From: a virus
Lineage: Duplodnaviria; Caudoviricetes
Strand: one strand, 5' to 3'
DNA length: 64,000 bases
IMG/VR virus record: IMGVR_UViG_3300011335_000604
Location: 6,320 to 70,319 of that record
Shown here: in pieces, positions 9,319 through 18,600 of the stretch
Position numbering within the stretch: position 1 is the stretch's first letter
How the letters are laid out: every line of letters begins with the position of its first letter
Program-made: the position numbers and the translations under genes
The notes under the pieces: model-generated
The model's input: the letters and a program-made list of their open reading frames with translations, nothing else
Databases searched by the model: none
Told to the model about the DNA's origin: nothing

Positions 9319-12300
9319 GGACAGTTACCGGATTTCGTTAATAGTTTGGCATCCTCGAGCATCTGAGTGATAGCCTTAAAGTTGTTGTAAATGTACGATA
9401 GTTTGGGGTCTTGGTCCAAAATAGCGTTTATTTTTTGGCGCTCAGCCCATCCACCACCCTCGCGCATCTGGGCGTATAGGTCGGCCACTTCCTTGGCGTT
9501 GTTGTCCGCCAGCTGGGGCTTGGTTTTGATTTCTGGTTTTGCCTTTATCTCCGCTAACCTATTATTGAAATCGTCCTCGTTCTGCTTCATGGCCAGGTAC
9601 AAGCCGTCGTGTGTGGTGCGCTCGTTCTTCACGGCGTCCCAAATCATGTGGTGGCCGATGTACTCGGAAATGATTGGTTCCACATTAAACGCGTCGCCTA
9701 CAACCTTCATCCGGCGTAGGATTTCCTTTTGCAGAGGTGTTAGGTTCTTGTTTGACTTGAGCAACTCTTTTTCCAACGCGGCCTCTTTCTCAGTACGCTC
9801 ACCTTGGAAAACCACGCCGCGCATCCATCCTTGTATCTCACGGGCATCAATGACGCCACGGGTTCCAATGCCAAGGAAGTTTGAAACAAAGCCCACCTTG
9901 GCTTGTGATATACCCTTGAGGTTAGCGATTGCGTTGAACAGTTCTTGCTCGTTTTTCACGCCACCCTTGAGCATGTCCGCAAACTCGTTGATGTTTGTTA
10001 AGTTGATCTGTTTGTTACTAGGGGCGCCAAACAGATTGTCAAACTTTGACTCTCCTTCGCCAAACATACCGAACGGCTTCATTGCCTGTGAAATAAACGC
10101 CCTGTCTTTTGCGTCTATCTTACCATTGCTTATGTTGTTGAGCATGCGCTCGCCTTGTGGGGTGGTAAGCAAATAGGCCATAGCACCCTCTGTGCGAATC
10201 TTACCACGCTCCTTTTCCACAAACACTTCGTCTACCTTCTGTCCAATCGCGTTTTCAAACTTGGCTATTCCAAGGTCTCCGGAACGAATTGAAGACACGG
10301 CCATCATATACGCCTTGGCTAGGTCTTTTGGACCGACATTTCCAGAGCGCAGCTTCTCTCCCATGTCCAGGATGTGGTTCATCACGTCTCCCAGGTACGT
10401 CGGATCATTAGCTCCGACAATCTCAATCATGGAGTCTGTAGTGATGAAGCCGGTTTCGTCGTATACTATCTGGGCCTTTGACTTGAGCGTTGGTGTCTCT
10501 CCTTTTAATGCGGCTCCCAAAACCAATTGGTCACTTCTGAGGACATCTTCTGTTGAAGACAGGAGTTTATTCATGCGCTCCTCTTCACTAAGGCCCATAC
10601 GCTTTTGTACGTTCCTAGCCTCTACCTCTCCAGCCGCCTTTACATATAACTCCCTCTGTACGTCTCTATCCTTTAGTGCCAGGTTCACAAAGGCCCTTTG
10701 TTCTTCTGGTCCCTTGATTTCGACGTTCATCCTGGCCATTGCACCCATGATGCTTTCTGATACCTGTTCGTTGAGCTTTTTGCTTTTATTCTCAAGTGCA
10801 GATTGTTTCTCTTGCAACTTGGAAACGTCTGCGCCTGGCTCCTTCATTTCCTTTTTGACCGCGTCTATCTGTTTGTTTATTTTTTGAATCTCAGACAGAA
10901 CCTGGTTAACAACAATGGAAGTGTTTGAGCCTGTCGCAAATCCCTCCACGTACTGTATGTGGTGCTGAACCTCATGCAGCAGGGTAGATAACATATCCAT
11001 CGGCTCATCAAAATTGTTGATAGCCAATTCTATTTGACCTTCCTTTTGATTGTAGGAACCCTTATAGTCATCAGCCTCAACAAAAGATACCCGTAAGTCC
11101 CTTGCGGTTGGATAAGCGTCGTACAGTTCTTTGGAGTCGTATATCTCGTCAAGATATGCCTTTGGAACCCCGCCGTCCTTGTACATGTTGTCAAGGTCAA
11201 TCGGCTTGAGCTGACCGTCTGGGATCTCCAATCTCCACATACCGTCTGCACCCCTCTCCCATCCAGTGGCCAACCTAATCTTTTGAGCGTTTTCAGTCGC
11301 CTTTGATGGGCCGACGTATGTCATTGTGCGCTCCTCCTTCTCAAACTTGGCCTCCATGTCCCTTGCCACCTGTAGGTTGTCGAGCACCTTTTCAGCGTTC
11401 TCCATCCTTGCGGCTCCTGTCTCGCCGAAGATTTGTGCTTTTGACTTAATCTTACCACTAGCGTAAGCGAGCTTGGCGGTCCTGTTGTACTGGGCCTCTA
11501 CATACGTTTGCGTCTTTGCCGCATGTTTTTCAGCGTACTCTTTGTAAGAGAACATGTCGCCGTTTGACTTCTTGAGTTCGGGCAAAACGTCTTGCATGCT
11601 GTATGCGCCGTCTAGGAAGAACACCTCAATCTCTGCCGGGGTTCCGTCTTCGTTTACCGCGTATATTTCGTATGGATAAGACCTGTGATAGAACTCGTCA
11701 GTTGTAGGAGTCTTTTTGTGTTTAAGTGTGCCCTTTGTACGCATCACCATAACGACGTCACCTATCTTTTCAGCCCTGCCAGAAACAGGTTCAGTAAACC
11801 TCTTAGCCGTGTCGGTTATTGACCCGGCCATTGGGAAACGGGGCTCTTTAACCTTAGGGTCTCCTAACAACGTCTGGACTATCGTCAATCGGTCTTCAAA
11901 AGAAAAGACGGGGACTTTGTTCCCCTCCTCCGTGAGCATTAGGTTTCCATTCCTGTCGGCCAGATACTTCTTCTCCTTTTCCTTCTTCTCTCCCTTTGCA
12001 GGCTTTACTGCGTTTGGGTCATCCATGCCCTCTTGGAACAGTATAAACTCAAGCTCTTCAAACATGTCGACGATGTTCTTGGCCTTAAAAAACGACTTGA
12101 ACGCGCCACGCTTTTCGGCAATCTTTTTTCTGTCTAGGGCCTTGTTCATGATCTCCACCACGTCAGCCTTTGTCACCTTAGACTTCTTGTTTTTAACGTC
12201 CTCCTTCATGAGCTCGATGGTGGTAAACATCATGTCCGCGTTGCTCATGTGCTGCTTTTCAGAGCCAATCATTGGGGACGAGTAGATGTAACCGTCCGCG

Positions 12301-14126
12301 TCCCTGTTCTTGTTTGCGTTTTGGGCTATGCCCTTAGCCTTTGAATTCGTACGAGACGCCCACCACTTGCCTGTAATTTCGGGGAACTTTACTCCACCAA
12401 AGAACTTAAATAACGGATTCCCCTCCTTGTCTGCTATGTAGCCGCCAACCATCCTGTCGGACTCTATGAGGTTGGTAACCTTGCCGTTAAACCTTGACAA
12501 AGGAACGTCATCTTCTACCTTGGTGTTTGGGTTTACCTCAAAGCCCATAATCTCCCCGGACGATATTGAAGCCTTAGACTTTACGCCTGTCGCCTTTATT
12601 TCGCCATGGAGACCCATGCTGTTTATGTCGTATTCCTGCCCGGCCTTGATGTTCTGCGCCATCGTGTTGAAGAACTCGAGCGTCTCCTTCTGGTTCTGCA
12701 AGTCCTCAAAAGGCTTGAGACGGCCAAAGGTTATGGTAGACACCATTTTGTTGATGAGCTCCGCAATGCGGCGAATCACGCCATAACTAAGCGGAGCCTC
12801 TTTGTCGGACAGTATACCGGCTAGTTCGGCGAGGTACTCCTCCGCCTGGCCTATGTTGTCGGCTATGTCTTTGTACTTGTCGGCAAAGGCTGACAGTCTC
12901 GCGTTGCCAGACTTTGATATTATCTTCTCGAGGTTGTTACGGAACTCAAGGAAGGCAGGAGAACTGTCGCCAAAGGTCTTGAGCATTATAGCGTGGCTCA
13001 CCTCGTGTACAACAGTACGTGGAACGGCCCTGTTTAGGTTGATGTCGATACGACCAACCACCGTACCGTCAGCGGACGTGGTGTACGTAAAGTTACCTGC
13101 GCTATTCTGCTGGGCCCCTAGGCCGGCCATCGTGTTGTTGTAGTCCGCAGTGTTCTCGTGCAGGTGGATGTCCATCATCGGGAACACAGACTTGAGCGTC
13201 TTGGCTGCCGCACGGGCCATGGCAATGGTCGCCTTCTTAGTAGCGTTGCCTGCATGCTTGCGCTCCAGGTCGGCCATAGACGCCTTGTTGCTGACGCGCA
13301 CTCCGTTAGGAACACCTTCCATCTCCAGGGTCTCTGCCGTCTCGATGTCGTCGGCAAGGCTTGGCTTGGACTTCATCTGCTCCTGCAACGCCACAGCGTT
13401 TTCTACTGCCGCCACCAGTTCTGGCTCCACGCCGTTTTCTACCGCGTTGTGGTATGCCTCGGCCACCTGCTGTGAGACGGGCTTGCCAAGGGTTGTCTTT
13501 ACCTGCTTGGTGATAGACTCGTATACCGTCGGGAGGACCTTTGCCAGGTTCATGATGGCCACCGTGGTGTTGTCTACGCTCTTGAGCGCTGCCTTTACCG
13601 CGTCTGTAATCGGGGCCTTTGGGAACTCTTTCTTGGTTGTTGGCTTTTGGGTTTTTTGCGTTGTCTTAGGAGCGGCCACTCCGCTTTCAACAATTAAATT
13701 ACCATTTTCAACTCTGCTAGTAATATTCCTTTCGGGATATTTATTTTTAAGTTGCTCTATATCAGCGTCTATTTTTTTTCTTTGCTCAGCAGTAGCTTTA
13801 GATATATTAGATACAACAGACTTACCAGCTTTAAGCATATCAGCTTCCATGATTGCTAAATTTTGGTTGCCGATATTGCTGAAGGCAGATATAATATCCT
13901 CACCTGTTGTAGTTGGCTTCTTAGCCTCAGCCTTCAGATAACCGTTGTCGGTCAACCACTTGGTCACATTGCCCACGTCCATGGCACCACCCGCCTGTTG
14001 GTACTTGGCCATCAAGTCGGCCATCGCCGGGGTGTAGTTCATGTGCGCAGCAAGCGACTCCTTAGAGCCAAACACCTTGCCGGCATCTTTGCCTGTCTGT
14101 AGTATGTAAACGCAGCCTTTTGCCAT
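9315..14126 (-). CDS. Polyvalent virion/ejection protein (1603 aa): two HExxH zincin motifs, LPD23-like segment, C-terminal HhH glycosylase-like domain
   Basis: VVHEVSH; TGWERGADGMWRLEIPD followed by LLHEVQHHIQYVEGFATG and GEVEARNVQKR; LKGISQAKVGF...GVIDAREI...HHMIWD. Confidence 0.65.
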   Translation of the reverse strand: MAKGCVYILQTGKDAGKVFGSKESLAAHMNYTPAMADLMAKYQQAGGAMDVGNVTKWLTDNGYLKAEAKKPTTTGEDIISAFSNIGNQNLAIMEADMLKAGKSVVSNISKATAEQRKKIDADIEQLKNKYPERNITSRVENGNLIVESGVAAPKTTQKTQKPTTKKEFPKAPITDAVKAALKSVDNTTVAIMNLAKVLPTVYESITKQVKTTLGKPVSQQVAEAYHNAVENGVEPELVAAVENAVALQEQMKSKPSLADDIETAETLEMEGVPNGVRVSNKASMADLERKHAGNATKKATIAMARAAAKTLKSVFPMMDIHLHENTADYNNTMAGLGAQQNSAGNFTYTTSADGTVVGRIDINLNRAVPRTVVHEVSHAIMLKTFGDSSPAFLEFRNNLEKIISKSGNARLSAFADKYKDIADNIGQAEEYLAELAGILSDKEAPLSYGVIRRIAELINKMVSTITFGRLKPFEDLQNQKETLEFFNTMAQNIKAGQEYDINSMGLHGEIKATGVKSKASISSGEIMGFEVNPNTKVEDDVPLSRFNGKVTNLIESDRMVGGYIADKEGNPLFKFFGGVKFPEITGKWWASRTNSKAKGIAQNANKNRDADGYIYSSPMIGSEKQHMSNADMMFTTIELMKEDVKNKKSKVTKADVVEIMNKALDRKKIAEKRGAFKSFFKAKNIVDMFEELEFILFQEGMDDPNAVKPAKGEKKEKEKKYLADRNGNLMLTEEGNKVPVFSFEDRLTIVQTLLGDPKVKEPRFPMAGSITDTAKRFTEPVSGRAEKIGDVVMVMRTKGTLKHKKTPTTDEFYHRSYPYEIYAVNEDGTPAEIEVFFLDGAYSMQDVLPELKKSNGDMFSYKEYAEKHAAKTQTYVEAQYNRTAKLAYASGKIKSKAQIFGETGAARMENAEKVLDNLQVARDMEAKFEKEERTMTYVGPSKATENAQKIRLATGWERGADGMWRLEIPDGQLKPIDLDNMYKDGGVPKAYLDEIYDSKELYDAYPTARDLRVSFVEADDYKGSYNQKEGQIELAINNFDEPMDMLSTLLHEVQHHIQYVEGFATGSNTSIVVNQVLSEIQKINKQIDAVKKEMKEPGADVSKLQEKQSALENKSKKLNEQVSESIMGAMARMNVEIKGPEEQRAFVNLALKDRDVQRELYVKAAGEVEARNVQKRMGLSEEERMNKLLSSTEDVLRSDQLVLGAALKGETPTLKSKAQIVYDETGFITTDSMIEIVGANDPTYLGDVMNHILDMGEKLRSGNVGPKDLAKAYMMAVSSIRSGDLGIAKFENAIGQKVDEVFVEKERGKIRTEGAMAYLLTTPQGERMLNNISNGKIDAKDRAFISQAMKPFGMFGEGESKFDNLFGAPSNKQINLTNINEFADMLKGGVKNEQELFNAIANLKGISQAKVGFVSNFLGIGTRGVIDAREIQGWMRGVVFQGERTEKEAALEKELLKSNKNLTPLQKEILRRMKVVGDAFNVEPIISEYIGHHMIWDAVKNERTTHDGLYLAMKQNEDDFNNRLAEIKAKPEIKTKPQLADNNAKEVADLYAQMREGGGWAERQKINAILDQDPKLSYIYNNFKAITQMLEDAKLLTKSGNCP

Positions 14127-14132
14127 CGTGGA

Positions 14133-15560
14133 TTACTTCTTTATGTCCTTGTAATAAATTCTGTCGTAAATATTGAACGGCTTCCCAAAGTTAACCGGGG
14201 CTATATCCCAAACGTCATGGTATGAAATGTATGGTTCCCCCGTATCGGGATCAACACCTTTGCCTACGTGATAGTTACCCATAACTCCCGCCCATGTGCC
14301 CGTATCCTCGTAAAGCATTGACTTTGTTTTTACATCATAACTAGACATTACGTCTGCATAGTCTTTAATCTCTTCCAATGTCGCGTAATCTTTTTCGTTT
14401 AGATTACCCTTTTCTAATCTCTTGGCTATTTCTGGCTCCTTCATCATGGTAAGGAAATCCTTTATTGTACTTATTTCTCCGGGAGATATTTTTTTACTCT
14501 TAGGGTCATCGCTAAGGTAGTCTCTCAACGAGTTCACTATAGCCGACGTAGGTTTAACGCCAACAGGCAAAACCCCTTCTTGTTTCACCGACTCTCTAAA
14601 AAGATATTTTTCTTTTAAGTCTTGTATTTCGTCTTCGGTAAAGTTTCTAAACTTTGAATATTCGTTGATGAGGTTAATGTCTTTGTCATACATCTCGGCT
14701 AACTGTCTAGCTATCTTGGGATCCTTAAACGCATTTAGCGAATAATACATTTCATCTTCACCCCCCGCTCTAGTGGGCTTGTATTGTGATATAGAAAACG
14801 TGTCGTACTTCTGTGGCTTGCCTGTGTAAAAATTAAACGCATCTGTTCTTGAGCCCATATAAGCCCTTTTTTGCAGTTCCTCGGGAGCATTTTCTCTTTC
14901 TAATTTCTTTGGATCCGTTTCATTTTCCACAACCGCGCTCCAATATCGAGACGCCATGTCTTCATAACTAAACGGGTTTAAGTTTCTTGACAACCTCTCC
15001 TCTTGGAAACTTCTTTCGTGAATACGCTCGTCTGTTATACCAGACCACCGTAACTGCTCCTGCGCAGTGCCGACCATCTTGGTGTTAAACCTTTCCCCGT
15101 TATACATAAACTCGGGAAGGCCAGCCTGCCTTGCGGCGTTATAGGCCTCGTCTCTTGTGTTGTATCCACTGTAATCGTCTACAAACCAGTTCTTTGGGTT
15201 CATGTTTGAAAGCGCCCTGCGGAACTGACTTAGTTTAGGCTTCTCTGCGGACACGCCAACCTCCGGCAACAAGTACTGCGCCTGGTATGTGTCCGGTATA
15301 GTTTCCGACTCGTAGAACTTCTGGTTAGGATCCCTGCGCTTTGGGGGGTCTGTGTCAAGCATCACTCCGTCCTCGGCCTTTTGGTTGTCTCCATCAAAGC
15401 TAGGAAGGGTCTCTATCAAAGAGTCTATGCACTCATGGCAGCCGTCTTCAAGTTTTTTTCTAACCCAACTAACCTTATTTTTAGGAATGATAGCCATGAT
15501 CCCGTTGGATGAGGATATGGCCATTTCTCCACCTTCTACTTCTAACAGTTTCTTTTCCAT
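14133..15560 (-). CDS. Virion-associated protein (475 aa)
   Basis: EVEGGE and KAEDG motifs, EAYNAARQAG...YNGERFNT motif, C-terminal YISYHDVWD...KPFNIYDRIYY; AT-rich interior. Confidence 0.6.
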   Translation of the reverse strand: MEKKLLEVEGGEMAISSSNGIMAIIPKNKVSWVRKKLEDGCHECIDSLIETLPSFDGDNQKAEDGVMLDTDPPKRRDPNQKFYESETIPDTYQAQYLLPEVGVSAEKPKLSQFRRALSNMNPKNWFVDDYSGYNTRDEAYNAARQAGLPEFMYNGERFNTKMVGTAQEQLRWSGITDERIHERSFQEERLSRNLNPFSYEDMASRYWSAVVENETDPKKLERENAPEELQKRAYMGSRTDAFNFYTGKPQKYDTFSISQYKPTRAGGEDEMYYSLNAFKDPKIARQLAEMYDKDINLINEYSKFRNFTEDEIQDLKEKYLFRESVKQEGVLPVGVKPTSAIVNSLRDYLSDDPKSKKISPGEISTIKDFLTMMKEPEIAKRLEKGNLNEKDYATLEEIKDYADVMSSYDVKTKSMLYEDTGTWAGVMGNYHVGKGVDPDTGEPYISYHDVWDIAPVNFGKPFNIYDRIYYKDIKK

Positions 15561-15607
15561 TGTGTTAACAGGGATAATCCTTTACATCAATTAGGGCGTA
15601 ATTTACA

Positions 15608-18600
15608 TCATTTCTTGTCACTGTCGACACCCCTCATGTTCCAATACATGCCGTTTTTAGCCTTGGCGCTGGCATCCTTGTCGGTGTACTTCAACTTGCC
15701 TCCAACTACTTCGATGTCTATACCCCCATTTTCGTGGCTGTTACCCTTAAAGTTCTTGACAACTTGCCACTTGCCGCCCGGCTTGAACCCGAACGACATG
15801 CCGTCCTTGGCCTTTTTGTATCCAGGGGGACACTTTTCCTTGACCTTCTTTTCGCTAACCATCTTGTCGACGTCGGTCATGGTGACCACCTTTTCGCCAA
15901 GGGCCTTTTTAATAGCAAGCTCGGCCTCAGTAAGTCCACCCTGCTTGTTCTGCTTCTTCATCTCGGCAACCTTTGCCTTCGCCTCGTTAACCTCCTCGAG
16001 GGACATTTCGCTTTCGCCAACGGCACTCTTGAAGATGGCCTCCTCTAGGCTGTTGATTGTGGCAATGCGCTGCTGTCCTTCGGTTGGAACCTCGGGCATC
16101 TTGGGCGCCTCTGCCTTTTTCTTTTTACGAGAGGGCGCGGTAGGCTTTTCTTGACCCACCTTGACTATCTCTTCCTGTAAGGCCGCGTACTTCTTGCCGT
16201 CCTCGGTCAGCTTCCACTCCGCCTCTGTTATGGCGTATGCCTGCTCCGGGGTAGCCCCCTCGGCAATCAGCTGCTTTATCCGAGCCTGGCTTTCCTGCAC
16301 GCCCTTGTCAAGCAACTCAAGCGACTCCTGTTCCTTCTGCGCCATCTTCGCCTCATTGGTCCTAGCCGGTTTCTTACCGCCCTTGGTTGGCTTCTTGCCA
16401 CCCTTGGCCTCTTCAGCTGACAACTTGTTCTTCCAGTAGTCCGCGTCAGAGTCTGCAAACTTTTTGGCTTCCTCGTCGCTCATGCCCTCCACGTCGTATC
16501 CGTTGTCCGCTAGGAACTCCTTAGCCGTCTTCTGTCCGTCCAGGTAGGCATATGCTGACTCGGCCTCTTTGCGTGCCTTTTCGATGGCCTGCTGCTTGGA
16601 CTTGTCATTAGCCCCAATACGTTCAATGTCGGCGGTAGTGATGGCCGGTGCGTTGTCAATAAAGTCCTGCTCCGTGATAGAGTTTAATACCCTCTGACGT
16701 GGATCGGTTACTTCTTCTTCTTGAAGTACTCCACCTGCTGGAGTCGTTTCTGTGCCTGCGCCTTCGACAGGTTTGCCTTCGACAGGTTCTTGCCCGACTC
16801 CGACTTGACCTGGTACCCCTTGGATGTTTTGCGTATCATCTGTTTTTCCATTTAATATTTCATAGACAGCCTTTTCATTGGCGGAAATCCTCTCCCTTGC
16901 CTGTTTGTACTCGTTCGACTCCGAGTCGTTGTCGGTAAGCAGCTGACGATCTTTTTTGGTTTGCTCAGACAGCGACCTAATAGCGTTCCGCTTGTCGTCA
17001 GTTAGCTTGCCCCACAACGGGTTGCTAACGACGGTAGAAAGGAACTGATCGCCTGTCTTCATGGCCATCAGAAGGTCAGCAGTGTTGTTGTAGTTCTGCT
17101 CAACCTGCTTATCTGCCTTGGCCACCTCCTTGTCCGTAGGAGCCTTCCTGTCCTCGATGTCTACACGGGCAGGTTCAAACACGCCTTTGGCCATTTGCGT
17201 TAGCTTTTCAGCCTTAGCCTTCCATGTGTTTGACGTCTTGTGGTTGTTTACACTTGTCTGTATCTCGTCAAGTATCGGCTGAGTCTTGCCATATCCCGCA
17301 ACACTAACCCGGCGCTTAGCCAACAAGTCCAAGAAGTCCTTGTTAGTGCTCAAGCTCTTTGCATCCTCTGGCGTCATCATCATGGACGTGCCGTCCGCAT
17401 AAGTAACGGTTAGCATGTCTGGGGCCTTGCCCTGCAAATATTCCGAGCCGGTGCGCTCGTATTGAGCCTGCTGTTGGCGGTACAACTTCTCTAGGATAGG
17501 ATCGTCAGCGTTCTTGTCGGCATTTCTTCTCGCCTCATCTGCACGGGCTGAGAAGAAGCCATAAACATTTCTCTGTGAGTTGTTTAACTTGGCGTCATCC
17601 GCACTCTTCTTAATCCTGTTGGCGTCAGTTACCTGCTCCTGCATTTCAGCAGCCTCATTCTCGTCAATGTTTCCACTGGCGTAAAGTGAAGAGATTATAG
17701 ACCTCGCGTAGTTCTCGTTCTTGTCAAAGACTAGGCTCTGTACATATTGGCGGCGCTGGTCCTCAAAGCCTCCAAGCAGGGTAGCCTTGTCGTTAAAGGC
17801 GTTTGCCTGGTCTACCCGTTGCTGAGCCAAAGACCCGGTGCGAGCTCCGGCAACAGCCCCTAGGATTCCGACAGGGGCAACTCCAATCAGCGTCTCCTTG
17901 ATTCGCTCCCTTGAATACATGTTACCAAAGTCCGTCCATGGATCACGTTCAAACTTTACAATGTTTTCCTCTGCGATATTTTGTGGTATCTCTTGGGCAA
18001 ATGTTTCAACCAAAACTTCTACCCCGGCACCAACTCCTGCCCTGGCCACCCTTCCGGATATATCGGCACCAAGGCCCTTACCAAATCCAGACACGAGCCT
18101 GTAGCCGCCCTTTGTTAGGGGCAGTCCGTCGAGCGCATACGAAAGGAATATGTCCTTCTGGGCCTCAATGCTTCTAGCAATGGCCTGCTCTGAACGCCTT
18201 ACGTCGCCTGTCTTGGCCAACACGGCGTTACCGTTTTGTCCCGCTATGGACATGGTCTCACTTGCCCAGTTCGCTATCCAGCCAGACATAAACGCGACAG
18301 CTTCTCCGGTCGCAGCTCCGCCAGAAAGGTAGCCCATTAATGCGGCTGTACCCATGGCCGGCGTCATGTTACCGAACATGTTACCGAGCACGTTCTGGCT
18401 GTTGTAGTAAAGGTCATCCGCGTTAAAGCCGAGGTCGCTAACCTTTGGTGCGGCTGAACTCCACTCGTTCTGCATGGTTTCACCCATAACCTTCATGTCC
18501 TGGCTGTCGAGGTAGTTACCCATGTTCTTTATGTACGAGCCAAGGCCGTTCATAAACGATCGACGGGCCATGTACAGCGGGACGACTGACTCCTGCCCGG

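Noticed and set aside
15566-15580. TAACAGGGATAAT resembling an I-SceI site
   Set aside because: Only partial similarity; no cognate LAGLIDADG enzyme; likely chance
15560-15610. Programmed frameshift or readthrough joining the 1607-aa and 475-aa ORFs
   Set aside because: Different frames, with in-frame stops in both and no slippery heptamer
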